From Epiperipatus broadwayi (Eukaryota; Animalia; Onychophora), in NCBI GenBank assembly GCA_028023455.1, contig JAQFVV010000010.1, forward strand, positions 17,484,001-17,548,000: a DNA stretch of 64,000 nt. Reading direction: 5' to 3'. The position numbers and the translations under genes are program-made. Below, one piece after another: positions 26,201 to 38,105 of this stretch. The notes under the pieces are model-generated. The model had not been told where the DNA came from and did no database searches. It worked only from the letters and a program-made list of their open reading frames with translations. Position 1 is the stretch's first letter. Each line of letters opens with the position of its first letter.

Positions 26201-27719
26201 CCTAATACAATTGAAAAAGTTTAATGTATTGCTCATTTAATAATTTCTGACTGCTCAACAGAAGAGTGCTGTTTTAATCATGAATGCACCTTGGGAATCA
26301 TTTTTTTTCAAATGTCATTATTCACATGTTTCAAGTGAGTGTTGTGGAATCAAAGTTTTAACTATATGTAATATATTCTGTAAAATTATTAACTGTAATA
26401 TTATATTTGATTGTATGGAAGACTATTTATTTACCAATCCATATTATTTACTGAATCAGATATATGTTTATTTGATAAGGCAATTATCTATCTGTCTGTC
26501 TGTACATCGATCCATCTAACTACCTAATCTATCCATCTTTAATTTATCTTTCTATGTATCCATATATCTTTTTATTCATTTATTTATACAACCATTTATC
26601 CATCCATCTATCTATTTAATATATATATATATCTACCTGACTGTCATGCTATTTTCTCTCTGACTAATCTATGTATCTGTTAATAAATCATTCATTTTCA
26701 GCTGGTCTAGAATTTTTTTTCTTTTGATTTAGTTCATTCAATCCTTCAAGACAGATTGGGAATAGAAAAGGCCTCTAAACTAATACTTCAAATCAAAAGT
26801 ATTCAATGCTAGCCTATTGCTTAGGGGAGGGGGGATGCATGTTTTTCATAAAAATGTTTTTGTATTTTGTATTAATATTTATTCAGGTTTAATTATACAT
26901 AATGGGTAACATTAATGCTTAAAATTAACAATCTTATTTTCTGCTTCATCTACCTCTGAGTATACTTTTTATGTTTTGTTATTGGAAGATGTAAATTATT
27001 GGAAAGCCTAATAATTTAGGATTGTTAATGTTAGAAAGCATTAAAGCATGTTTCTTCAAGCTTTCTTATATATAAAATATGTTTTAGTACTAATATAATA
27101 AGCTGAATTGAATAATTGAGGGTTTTTTTTTTTTCCAATTCTATTATTTTCACATCTGAAAAACAAAACTATTTAATAATGATAACATTTTAAGGCAATT
27201 CAATGTAGTAGATATAACAAACAAGATAATAGTATGTAGCAGAATATAAAAAAATAATGATAAGATGGATATTGAAAAATTAAAGGTAAAACCAGTTATA
27301 TTGTTGATACTTTTTACTTGAGTAGACAAGAATGTAAAGCATTTGCATTAAATTATTAATTACAAGTTTAACATTACATTTATATCTAAAAATAAATATT
27401 TTTTGATCTATTTACAGATTTTCTTTTTGTTTTTCATTTATTTAATATTTTATTAGTGAAATATAACATTTAACATTGAATGTTGTTTTAGTGATTATAT
27501 ATAATAACAATAATGAAAAAATTAGTAGAAAGAAGTGAGTTTATAATGCTAAGTTTTTTTGTTTTTTTTTTAACATTAAAATTTATTAATTTAATATATT
27601 GAAAAGCTAAAATGATATATAAACTGTCTTTAGAAATCAGAACAAATATTTTTATCCTTTTTTTTAAATTACAAAAAAATATATATATTTTTAGAGACAA
27701 TTATATATATTGAAATCAT

Positions 27720-28240
27720 AACAGGCAAAACTCTCTATACCTATTGCCACTCAGTGCAAGCCAGAGTATGCTAGAAGACTTGTGCACCTAGATCTTAGGA
27801 TCTAATGCAGGGGTTCTCAACCTTTTTGCACTTAAGAGCACATTCTATAATACCGGCCAGGTGGTGGGCGCCATTTATTTTTTCAACCAGGTAGCGGGCA
27901 TCATTTATTTTTCAATGTAAATTTATAGTTGGATATTATTAATAATACACATAATGTATAAAAAAATATTTATTTCAAAAATAAAATTTTAACATATAAT
28001 TAATGTTTATATTTTTACACTGAAAAATATAAGTATGTCCTACAATTTGATTACAATATAATACAATAATTTATAAGAAATTTTAAAATTAAATTTATTT
28101 GTATCAGATAAATAATTTTTTATCGTGTTCGGATAGCAGCAGGCACACGTAAAATGATCTGTGGGCGCCATGGTGCCCACGGGCATAGAGTTGGGGACCC
28201 CTGATCTAATGCAACCCTCCAATAATCACCTTTTATCTCT
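27720..28240 (-). mobile_element. Family C copy (HHR region deleted) interrupted by a hAT MITE
   Basis: 27720-27807 matches the family C tail plus cctagatcttaggatctaatg; the sequence resumes at 28204 (atctaatgcaaccctcc), matching ~49334-49355. Confidence 0.7.
27808..28203. mobile_element. hAT (Charlie-type) MITE, 396 bp
   Basis: TIRs CAGGGGTTCTCAAC / GTTGGGGACCCCTG; exact 8-bp TSD ATCTAATG at 27800-27807 and 28204-28211. Confidence 0.92.
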
Positions 28241-28349
28241 ACTTAACTACAAAACTATGAGTCTTAAACTGAAAACATTATAATATTTTCAATCCAAGCT
28301 CATTTTGGTGACTTTGGTTCTTTAATAACCATAATCACCCTATTAGGCA

Positions 28350-28690
28350 GGATTGGTTTTAAGCCAATAAACATCACATGCCTATAACTGTTATTAAAAC
28401 AGGAAAAACTCTGTATACGTATTGCCATTCAGTGCAAGCCAGAGTAATCAATGGATGTAGTGCTCTCAGATCCAAGACTCCTCACTGATGAAAGCCACAA
28501 ACCAGAAACTAGTCTGGGGATATTGGATGAGTAGGCACTAGATGGGGATTTTATGCACAAGCCTTCTGGCATCCATTGATTACTCTTGTTAGCACAAGGT
28601 GGCACTACTGTATGGAGACTTTTTCCTGTTTTGATAACAGTTATAGGCAAGAAGAAGAAATGGTGATCATGTGGTGTTTATTGGTTTAAA
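28350..28690 (+). mobile_element. Family C palindromic hammerhead element
   Basis: Left arm 28350-28457 is the approximate reverse complement of the right tail 28569-28690. Confidence 0.85.
28470..28528 (+). ncRNA. Minimal type-I hammerhead (family C)
   Basis: AUCCAA-GAC-UCCUCA-CUGAUGA(28485-91)-AAGCCACAAACCA-GAAA(28505-08)-CUAG-UC^(after 28514)-UGGGGA-UA-UUGGAU. Stem I has 6+6 bp; stem II is weakened. Confidence 0.75.
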
Positions 28691-29591
28691 AAGATAACCT
28701 ACAATTTCAGAACCCATAGGAATATGATATCTTTGCCATAAATTAATTGAATATTGCATGACTGACATATTTCTTTATTATTACTGTCACCGCATTGACT
28801 TCTATTTGAATAATCCAGATTGATCTGGAATGTTTTTGCTTTAACAAGCAATAGCTAGATATCCAACAGCAGTATTAGCTGAATCAGGCATAGACTGGCA
28901 AATTCTAAGCCTGATAAGTGGCCTCCTGCAGAAATTTCCAAGGGGATCCATAGAAGAGCCATTTATTAAAAAGATAAATTAAAAGCCAAATAAAGTAATA
29001 GAGAAAATAATTTTAAGCTATTAAAAATATATATATTATTATTCCTACTTCAGTTAATGACTGATTTACTCTTAATGCAAAAACATATACTCACATATTT
29101 ATATAATAAACTTGATATTATTAAAAATAATAACATTAAATTCAGTTTATATAAATTTCTTCAAAACCAATATTAATATAAAGATTACTCTGTTGGTCTT
29201 TTTATTTAACATTGTAACATTTATTTAAATATATGAAAAAGCAGAATAATGGATTAAATTTGTTTCCAATTTTTGATGATTTTATATTATATATGTAAAT
29301 TAAATAAAATTTAAAAAATCACATATCAAGAATTAATAATAAAAATAGGAAATATTTATCTAAATAATAATAAAACAAATATATTTCTAATGTAATGCAA
29401 TGATTTAACACTTGTAATAATTTTGTTATAATAAATTATAAATGTAATATATTTATTTAAATATAAATTATAACAATATATATATATGTATACACATCCA
29501 AATTCATATCTATAAGTATATATTGTCATAAGTCAATCCATGTATATATAAAAAATTAAAATTACATGTATTTCACAGATATACACATATA

Positions 29592-29685
29592 CATCACATG
29601 ATCACTATCTCATACTGGCATCCATTGATTGCTCTTGTTGGCACAATATGGCACTACTGTATGGAGAGTTTTGCTTTGTTTTGAA
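29592..29685 (+). repeat. Family C tail fragment
   Basis: ctggcatccattgattgctcttgttggcacaatatggcactactgtatggagag matches 28566-28620. Confidence 0.75.
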
Positions 29686-30022
29686 TTGTTTAATATACAC
29701 ATATACATTTTTACTTGCAAAACATATAAATATGTAATCTTATATGTACACATGTTATTACTAAATATGCGCACAACCATATACATATAATCCATATGCA
29801 TAAACACACTAATATATAAACATTCAAATAAAACAATAGACACTTATGGGAAAACTGTGTATATAATACAAGCAGTCACCTGCATTTATATATGTACTCA
29901 TCGATATAAATATATATTTACACACACAACAGTGTCCATTTAGTAAATTCCAGTAGTAAGTAATTTTTATTTTTGTAATGAATTTTATTATATATATATA
30001 TATTTTATTTTGTTTGTTTCAG

Positions 30023-30197
30023 AATTTTTGAAAAAGATGGTGCAAAGGTAGTAATAGATGAAATGTCTTTAGAATATTTGAAGGGATCTACAATAGACTA
30101 TCATGAAGAGTTAATAAGATCAGCATTTCGAGTTATTAATAATCCTCGAGCAGAACAAGGGTGTTCATGTGGAGCTTCTTTTTCATTAAAGTTATGA
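30023..30197 (+). CDS. ISCA2: ISCA2 terminal coding exon ([57 protein letters not shown])
   Basis: Acceptor at 30021-22, open frame to TGA 30195-97, C-terminal NPxAxxGCSCGxSF motif with the CxC ligands. Too short to appear in the ORF track. Confidence 0.95.
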
Positions 30198-31135
30198 TAT
30201 TTATTAATTTTGATATCAAGTTAAAGTAAAATGACACTACTACAAATAATACAAAATTCCTTAAGTCTTTCTATATGTGTGTGAGTTTCAAGCATGAAAG
30301 ATCTGATTCTGTTACATATTTCTGAATTTACATCAAGATGAATAATTTATTTTTAAAAAAAAATTAAAAATATTTACAATTGCTTAAATTGGTAAAATTC
30401 AAACTAATTATTTGTAATATTTGAAATAGGAATTATATATCTTTTATATATTGAAATAGTTTTAATTTAAATGTTATGCAAATAAATATTTTTTTATATA
30501 AATTTATCCTACTACATGCACTAACGTTATTGCAGTGTTATGTATTATATAATATGTTTCAGAATAATGCACTTCTCCATACTTTCATTAACAAATGAGG
30601 AAGAAGAAAAACTATAATAAAGATTCTCAATTTAAACATATCTTGAATTTACTGATTAAAAAAATGAACAACAATGTACATAATGGCCTGATAGTAGACA
30701 CTAGATCTGAAAATCCTATTAATTCAGTGATGTTTTCTATATTTATAATTATACTTAGTAATTAAAATTTATTATTTTCATTCTTAGGTTTGATTCTTTG
30801 TTTGACTTTTGATTGAACAATTAAAAATCACCCTTTTGATTATGTTCAAATCTTGAAATTTATAATTAGTTTGCTAAAATTTCTGGAGTTAATTACCTGA
30901 ACAACATTTGACTTCTAGTCTCTACATTATATGGAGGTTAAATATAAAATTGTCTGTGTACATACTGTTTGAAATACAAATAGTTTCATCCATAAAGAAA
31001 TAATAGGATATGCAAAAATCATCAAAGTTTGAAATCGGTAGTAAGTTAATTTATAGAGATAAAAATGACAGTCCAGAGTTAATGAAAATTAATTACTATG
31101 CAATGCTACATATTAAATTGAATAATGCAACAGAG

Positions 31136-31454
31136 TTTCCAAATACAAACAACTTGTTAGTAATAATACACACAAAAAAAATTGAAGGACTTAGGAAGAT
31201 TTAAACCAACCCCCATATATAAATATATCAAACTTTTACTATATGTTGCTCAGTTGGTGGAGCATTTGTCTTAAATTCGATATTCAAGAATCTAAAGGTA
31301 CAAATTCAACTTCTAAGCAAATATTGTCACTGTGGATATAGGCCAGCAACACCTGAAGAAGAGTGGAGAATAATACTGCTTGAATGGTTGTGTAATTACT
31401 AACCTGTATTGTCTATTTGTGTGTTATTACTAACAAGTTGTTTGTATTTGGAAA
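31136..31454 (+). mobile_element. Family E inverted-arm element with tRNA-like segment and degenerate hammerhead
   Basis: 31136-31175 is the reverse complement of 31416-31454. A-box-like gttgctcagttggtggagca at ~31244-31263. CAACAC-CUGAAGA-AGAGU...ACUGCUU-GAAUGGUU-GUG at 31347-31392. Confidence 0.55.
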
Positions 31455-31849
31455 ATTTAAAATTTTCTATACATTCAACATTCACTCATAGAGGATGGAA
31501 ATAGTCCAATATATCACATCTAATAATATACCATCATTACAAAGCTTCAGATAAATCCAACAGAGTGTTCTGTATAGCATTTTTTAAAAATAAATATAAG
31601 AAGACTCTTTTCTTGCCATTTCTATTGGCAATTGAACATATTCCAGATATATATATTATAATAGACTTGTATTTAAAACTGTAAATCACAATACTGAATC
31701 ACAATATATATGCTCTGACAAATAAGTCTGTTTAATTTGTGTGACAGCACTAGTTTCAATAAGACATGCTTTTTACCTAATCTTAAAAAAAATGTATATA
31801 CTATTTATATTCTTTTTCTTTAAGTTGGTCAATTTTCTTGCTGAATATT

Positions 31850-32320
31850 TGCTATGTCTTAGGGTTTAATTAAGTTTAACCAGTAAGATAGCAATAAATA
31901 CAATTTACTCTCATTTATAATTCTATATATTTTAATAACTACTTTCAACAACATGGACATACAATTATAATATAAAATAAAACACACAAAATTTCATTTA
32001 GTTTATTTACATACTAATATAAACAATGTTTGCTTTTTACCAGTCCTTATTTTCATGCCTTGCCACAGTAGCCATTTTATCTACTGCTTTTTTGGCTACG
32101 GATTTCATATTTTCCTTAAGACTGTACATTGGTAACATCCTGGGAACTGAGCAATAAATCTCCGCCACCAGTTTTATACTATACCCATTTTATTAGGCAT
32201 ATATCCTGGAAACCATAATTGACAGCAGTGCTCTCTTTATATTTTTTGTGGAGAAGAATTTATGTTATGAGGTAAGTACAATGTCACTATTTCACAAACC
32301 AAACGTATAAGTATATAGCA
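31850..32320 (-). repeat. 3' LTR (471 bp)
   Basis: About 95% identical to 36282-36750 (by-eye count: ~23 substitutions, 3 indels). Confidence 0.95.
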
Positions 32321-32335
32321 GTCCTTCCCCACTCT
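32321..32335 (-). promoter_or_regulatory. Polypurine tract
   Basis: Minus strand AGAGTGGGGAAGGAC immediately before the TG of the 3' LTR. Confidence 0.85.
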
Positions 32336-32550
32336 AGTAATACATATTACTTTAGTTTACTACACAGTCCTTAACTTTAACCGGTGGCCTCCGTATTCGG
32401 GAAATTTTAGGGCTATCATTTCTATTTTTCCTTTGCACTCTTGGTGAGTCCAGTTCTTGCTCTGTCACTTTATCTTCGGTCAGTTCTGGCTCATCTTCCT
32501 TCCTATTTTCTTTTTTAGTCGGTCCCTTCATGATGTGATCTCATTTCCAG

Positions 32551-35479
32551 TCATATAGCTTCGCCTTCCTTTGTTTCCCAACCCTCCCCATGATGGCGAA
32601 GGTGGTTTATATGTTTTTTTAACACTTTTCTACTTTCTAACTCAATTAGACAAATTTGTCTGTGCAATGACTGGTTTACAACTCCTGGGCTCCATTTGTA
32701 TTTTAAAACATCCAACACCCATACACAATCACCTGGCAAAAACTTTACCACTTTGGTAATATTATTATTATTTCTAGTGTTTCCAGATAGTAGCTTTGTC
32801 AAATGGGTCCTGAATGTCTGTCACATTAATAATAGCTCTGCCAGAGTTTTATCCGTTGCAGTGTTTGGAGTAAAGTGTTGAGCATACATAGCCTGTATCA
32901 AGGCTTTTGCTATGTTTTTGTTCTGAAGTTTTTTTAATGTGTTTTTTTAGTTCTGTATGCCTTGTTCCACTATCCCATTGCTTTCAGGATTTTATGGGGG
33001 TGTAAGAAGATGTTTAATTCCTCCCTTGTTTAGAAAATCCATAAATTTTCTAGAAGCGAAACCTGAACTGTTGTCTGTCACAATAGTTTCTGGATAACCA
33101 TGTGTGGCAAATAGTTCATTTAACACTCGGATGGTACAGTCCACACTAGTATCCTTAACTATTCGATACTCTGTCCATCGAGAAAAAGCATCAATCACTA
33201 ATAGCAGCAGGTGTCCATCCCATGGGCCAATGTGATCCAGATGAATGCGTGTCCACAGAGACTTAAGCGGATCCCATATTTCATAATGCTTTGATGGTAA
33301 TCTGGCCACTCGTTGGCAGTTCTTGCAATTTTTTACCCAGATCTCTATTTCATTTGTTAAGTTTGCCTTCATGAAGTAGGTTAGGACTTGAGGCCTACCT
33401 TCAATAGGTACTAACACTCGATCATTATTTAAGATGCATCCATTGCACACAGAAAGTTTATCCCTAGCTATCCAGATAGCTTTGCTCAATTCACTAAGGC
33501 ATTTCTTTGGCCACCCATTTCTAATTCACTTTATGAGCTGTATATAACCATCATTTTTTCTTGTCCATTCCCTTATAGTCATGATATTTATCTCCTTTGA
33601 CTATAATGTGTCAATGTAGTTTATCTCTTTAGTTTTGAATACCCTTTCCGTGGTATCTGGCAGCCTAGACAAAGCGTCTGCAAGTACGATAGTTTTCCCA
33701 GATTTGTAGATTAGCTTATAGTCATATTGTGACATCAAGTTGTCCATCGCACCATACATTGACTTGAGGGTTCTATAGGTCCCTTTTCACCACCAAAAAT
33801 CCCTGTTAAGGGGCAATGATCTGTATAGATGGTGAAGTTATGGCCATACACATATTGGTGGAATTTTTTTTACCGCAAAAATCACTGCCAATGCTTTCTT
33901 GTCTATCTGGCTATAAATTTTTTTCTGCAGCTATCAATTCTCTTGATGCGAATGCTATTGAACGCTCCTCTTCATAGCATGGGTGCAATATGATTGCTCC
34001 CACAACATACTCAAATGCATCGGTCATGATGCTCACTGCCCAGTCACTTCGGTAGTGTACCTGTAGTGCTTCTGACATTAATAAGTCTTTTGCAGTTCTA
34101 AAAGCATTCTCCTGTGCATCAGTCCAGAAATATCGCATCAGTTCAGATATATTGCTGTTTCTTTTTAACAACATGTATAGTGGTGACAGCAAGTGTGACT
34201 TTCCTTCTAAAAAACTCTCATAAAAGTTTTAAAAGGCCTAAAAATGCCTGCAATTCTTTGACATTTTTGAGTTTCTTAGCATTTTTTATAGCCTTTACTT
34301 TTTCGGGGTTGGGTTTTCGACCGTTTTCATTTATTGTGTGTCCCAGGAACTTGATTTCTTGAGCTGACCAAATGCATTTATTAATATTAAGCTTTGCTTT
34401 GGCTTGAGATAGTCCCGAGCAAACCTGATGCTACCCTTTTTCTCGAATTCTATCTCAGTCGCACCAATAATTAAAATGTCATCTAAATAAGGTATCACTC
34501 CTTCCATAGATCTGAATAGCATGTCCATTTTAACCTGGAATATATTTGCAGCAATGGTTATCCCATATGGCAATTTATTACATGTGTATAATCCCTTATG
34601 CGTGGTCAGGGTAAGTAATTTGGATGTACCTTTTGTTACTGGGATCTTGTGGAAAGCTGCTCTTAGATCAATTTTTGTGAAATACTTGGCCTTCTGTAAT
34701 GATGCCAGTATTTCCTTTACGCTTGGGACCGAGTATGCACCTTTGTTTATATATTTGTTGACCGTAACTCTATAATCCCCACATAATCTTATACTCCCAT
34801 CTGGTTTTATTATGGTTACAACAGGAGTTTCCCAGGATGATTCTTCAGTGGGTGATAATACTCCTTTTGATACTAAATCCATTATTGCCTTTTCCACTCT
34901 CTCCCTCAATGCAAATGGTACTTTTCTGGTCTTACAAACAATGGCTTTGGCTTCTGGTACTAATTCTATGTCTACTGCTCTTGTTCTAAATTCCGCTGGG
35001 CCTGATATAAACAGTTCCGGATTTTTTTTTTTATTATTTCTTTTTCTATACGGACAGTCTTTAGTATATTTATGTGTATTCCAATGGAGCAAACCAGTTT
35101 CTGCCCAATAATGGACTAATGTCTCTATTAATTATATGCAGTGTCAAAAATTTATGTCTGGAGTTAAGTCACAGGCACAGTTAATTTTCCTCTGATATCA
35201 ACTTTGGTTTCCATTTATATCTGTTACAATTGTATCAGGCTTATGTAGCTTTAATTTATATTTACTGCCTCGAGTGATCTCTGTTCAATCCTTAAGTGAT
35301 ATCAACGACAATCCAGCTCCACTATCCACTTCCATTGTGATCGCTTTTCCACAGACCTGCAAATCCAGAAGAATGTGATCTGTTTTATTGTCACCTTTTG
35401 ATACAGTCTTAATGGTTGATTTTTCATATTTACTCCTACCCGGGGTTTGGGATCTACATTTTTTCTCTGTGCTCACCAT
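32551..35479 (-). pseudogene. Gypsy pol (protease, RT, RNase H, integrase), disrupted
   Basis: EVDSGA (PR); KIDLRAAFHKIP and YLDDILI (RT); MTDA..VGAII and SIAFASREL..AEKN (RH); WTRIHLDHIGP and IVTDN (IN). Split into several ORFs by stops and frameshifts; the integrase HHCC His region appears deleted. Confidence 0.93.
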
Positions 35480-36203
35480 CTTTATAATAACACAAGGCCA
35501 CTAAATGTCCTCTCATTACATTTTCTGCATGTTTTATCCTTGTGCCTACAGCTACTTTTTGTATGACCGGATTTTCCACAGCAAGAACAATTTTGTTGTT
35601 TGGTGTGTCTGCCGAAAGATGTAGAATCAAATTTTTTCTTTTCTCTACTGAAAGCGATCTTTTCCGGTGATTTTGATCTGATATATTCTGATGCAATGTT
35701 GAGCATGCTTCTAGCATGACACATTTATCAATCACTGTTTTGTATGTTAATTCCGGATCACTCAATAAGACCTTCCTGAAGTTTGCGTCCGTCATTCTGT
35801 ACAAAAACTTCCAACAATGCGTCGTTTATCTCTAGACCGTATTCACATTCCTTGGCCAATTTCGTAATGCAAGATCGTAATCCATGAATTTCTCTTGCAG
35901 TGACTGCATTCCGTTTCTCAGCTTAAGGTGTGCTATTCATTTAGACTGTTTCGGTAGAAAGAATTCATTCAACTTTTGTATAAATTCCTGATACACGAAA
36001 TCTTTGGGACGCTTTGGGTCGGTAATCCTGTTTGCTAATTGGATTGTGTCTTTTCCCACTAAATATAATAGTGTGGAAATCTTATATCTATCATCCTCAA
36101 TTCTATTTATGAACATATAATATTCTGCTTGTTCAATATAATTCTTCCATGAATCGACATCATTTACGTCAAACTCGCGCATTATAGCGTTTATGACCAT
36201 CAT
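35454..36203 (-). pseudogene. Gypsy gag, frameshifted
   Basis: FD...W..YIE..N-terminus (35937-36203) and CCHC knuckle CSCCGKSGHTKSSC in the 35482-35724 frame. Confidence 0.88.
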
Positions 36204-36258
36204 GTTGTTTTTATACTAATGTTTTTTTATGAATGCCTCACTTTAATCATGGGCTTCT

Positions 36259-36278
36259 AATCCTGTACAACTGCGCCA
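36259..36278 (-). promoter_or_regulatory. Primer-binding site, tRNA-Ser-like
   Basis: Minus strand TGGCGCAGTTGTACAGGATT, 3 nt after the 5' LTR. Resembles the complement of a tRNA-Ser 3' end (recalled, not searched). Confidence 0.7.
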
Positions 36279-36281
36279 CTC

Positions 36282-36750
36282 TGCTATGTCTTAGGGTTTA
36301 ATTAAGTTTAAGCAGTAAGATAGCAATAAATACAATTTACTCTCATTTATAATTCTATATATTTTAATAACTACTTTCAATAACATGGACATACAATTAT
36401 AATATAAAATAAAACACACATTTCATTTAGTTTATTTACATACTAATATAAACAATGTTCGCTATTTACCAGTCCTTATTTTCATGCCTTGCCACAGTAG
36501 CCATTTTATCTACTGCTTTCTCAGCTACGATTTTATATTTTCCTTAAGGCTGTGCACTGGTAACATCCCGGGAACTGAGAGTGATAAATCTCCGCCACCA
36601 GTTTTATACTATACCCATTTTATCGGGCATATATCCTGGAAATCATAATTGACAGCAGTGTTCTCTTTATATTTTTTGTGGAGAAGAATTTACGTTACGA
36701 GGTAAGTACAATGTCACTATTTCACAAACCAAATGTATATGTATACAGCA
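36282..36750 (-). repeat. 5' LTR (469 bp)
   Basis: Direct repeat of 31850-32320; retains several CpGs lost in the other LTR. Confidence 0.95.
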
Positions 36751-38080
36751 ATATTACATTTAGTTTACAATACTAATATTTTAAACTATATTATATGAAA
36801 TTATATTTTTTATTCAATGTGCATATGTCCATGCATACATATATACATAACATTGTAATCTCATAGAAATGTATGTGTAACTACCAAACAAACAAAATAA
36901 GTCTCATCTTAACAACAGTCAAAACTTACATGCAAGGCAAATTTAAACAAAGATAATTGCAAAAATAAAATTTTATTTATTGTAAATGTAAACATCACAG
37001 TGAAATTGATTCAATTTAATATTCACAAGGTAGAATCACTAAGTATTTATTGTAATAACCTTGCAAATAACCATTACATGAAATATGCAAATGTATTGGA
37101 ACCAAGATCTCTTCACCCATCATATATGTGAAGCGTGTTTGTATTTCACTGATTAATTGTTATTGATTTAATGTTTTTAAATTCTAGCCTGGACTAAAAA
37201 AACAAAGTTGTTTTCTCAAGATATATGCATTCAAGAAATTCTTATGATTCAGAAATATTACATATCTTCAATTAATTAGGTTTAGTATCCAAGCCATGGT
37301 CATTTGCATTTTAAATTGTAAATATTTATTAGATCTAATAAAGGTTTTAAAAATATGTTTTATAATATTTGTTTGTAATAAATTTAGCAACAGAAAATTC
37401 TACAAAATTTTATGCACTGTTAAGAAAGTTAATTAATGAATATTTTTAATTAAAATGGTGAAAAAATCTATAATTCTGCTTTACCTTTCTTTTTTTATTT
37501 GGTACAGTATATGTTATTGCAGATTTTAAATGCAAAATATTTTACATCTAGAAAATGGAAATCTTTTTTTTGAATAGTATAAATTTTAAATCTTTGTCAT
37601 AAAAATGTATTAGTTTTGCTCTTTATTACATTGGATTTTTCAGTTGTTATTATTTAAATTCCATAAAATCAGTGGGGCATTATTAAAATCAACACATTTA
37701 AAACATTTCCATTTAAAATTGACTTTTATAATTTGTTTTTTTTTTCATATTAGTGTAATCCATAATGGATTTTTGTTTTGATATATACATACTGTACTTA
37801 GAATTATATAAAGCAATAAATGTTGCTTACAAATCTCTGTAATTTTTTTTAAATAATTGTTATTTATAATTGAAGTACTAGGAGAAACCGTAGAAAGACC
37901 CTGTAGATAACCTTGCCAAAATTTTAACTAATTTGAATCAGTAACAGTCCCAAGATGAATACATTAAAGAATTTTTTTGTTTATATTTTTTTCCAAGTGA
38001 AGTAACTTTTCAAATTTTTACAAATATTATGGAAAAAAAATTTCTTAAAGAATAAAATTATATAATTGGGTAATATTATG

Positions 38081-38105
38081 GTGTGTGTGTGTGTGTGTGT
38101 GTGTG
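38081..38105. repeat. (GT)12 microsatellite
   Basis: Directly visible. Confidence 0.95.

Larger units (their letters stand above)
192..30022 (+). other. ISCA2: 29,831-bp GT-AG intron of ISCA2, filled with repeats
   Basis: gtatgt...tgtttgtttcag; AG+A rebuilds the Arg codon in EDR|IFEK and joins two halves of one contiguous ISCA2 domain. Confidence 0.85.
31850..36750 (-). mobile_element. Full-length, frameshifted Ty3/Gypsy LTR retrotransposon (4,901 bp)
   Basis: Two LTRs with TGCTAT...(A/C)AGCA termini, 5-bp ATATT flanks at 31845-49 and 36751-55, PBS, PPT, and gag-PR-RT-RH-IN order. Confidence 0.96.

Noticed and set aside
26480-26670. ATCT/CTAT-rich stretch
   Set aside because: Ordinary decayed tetranucleotide microsatellite.
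30563-30614. Alternative terminal ISCA2 exon (tgtttcag|A ATA ATG...TAA; IMHFSILSLTNEEEEKL)
   Set aside because: It would remove the CxC ligands, the pyrimidine tract is weak and there is no homology. Most likely 3' UTR or flank.
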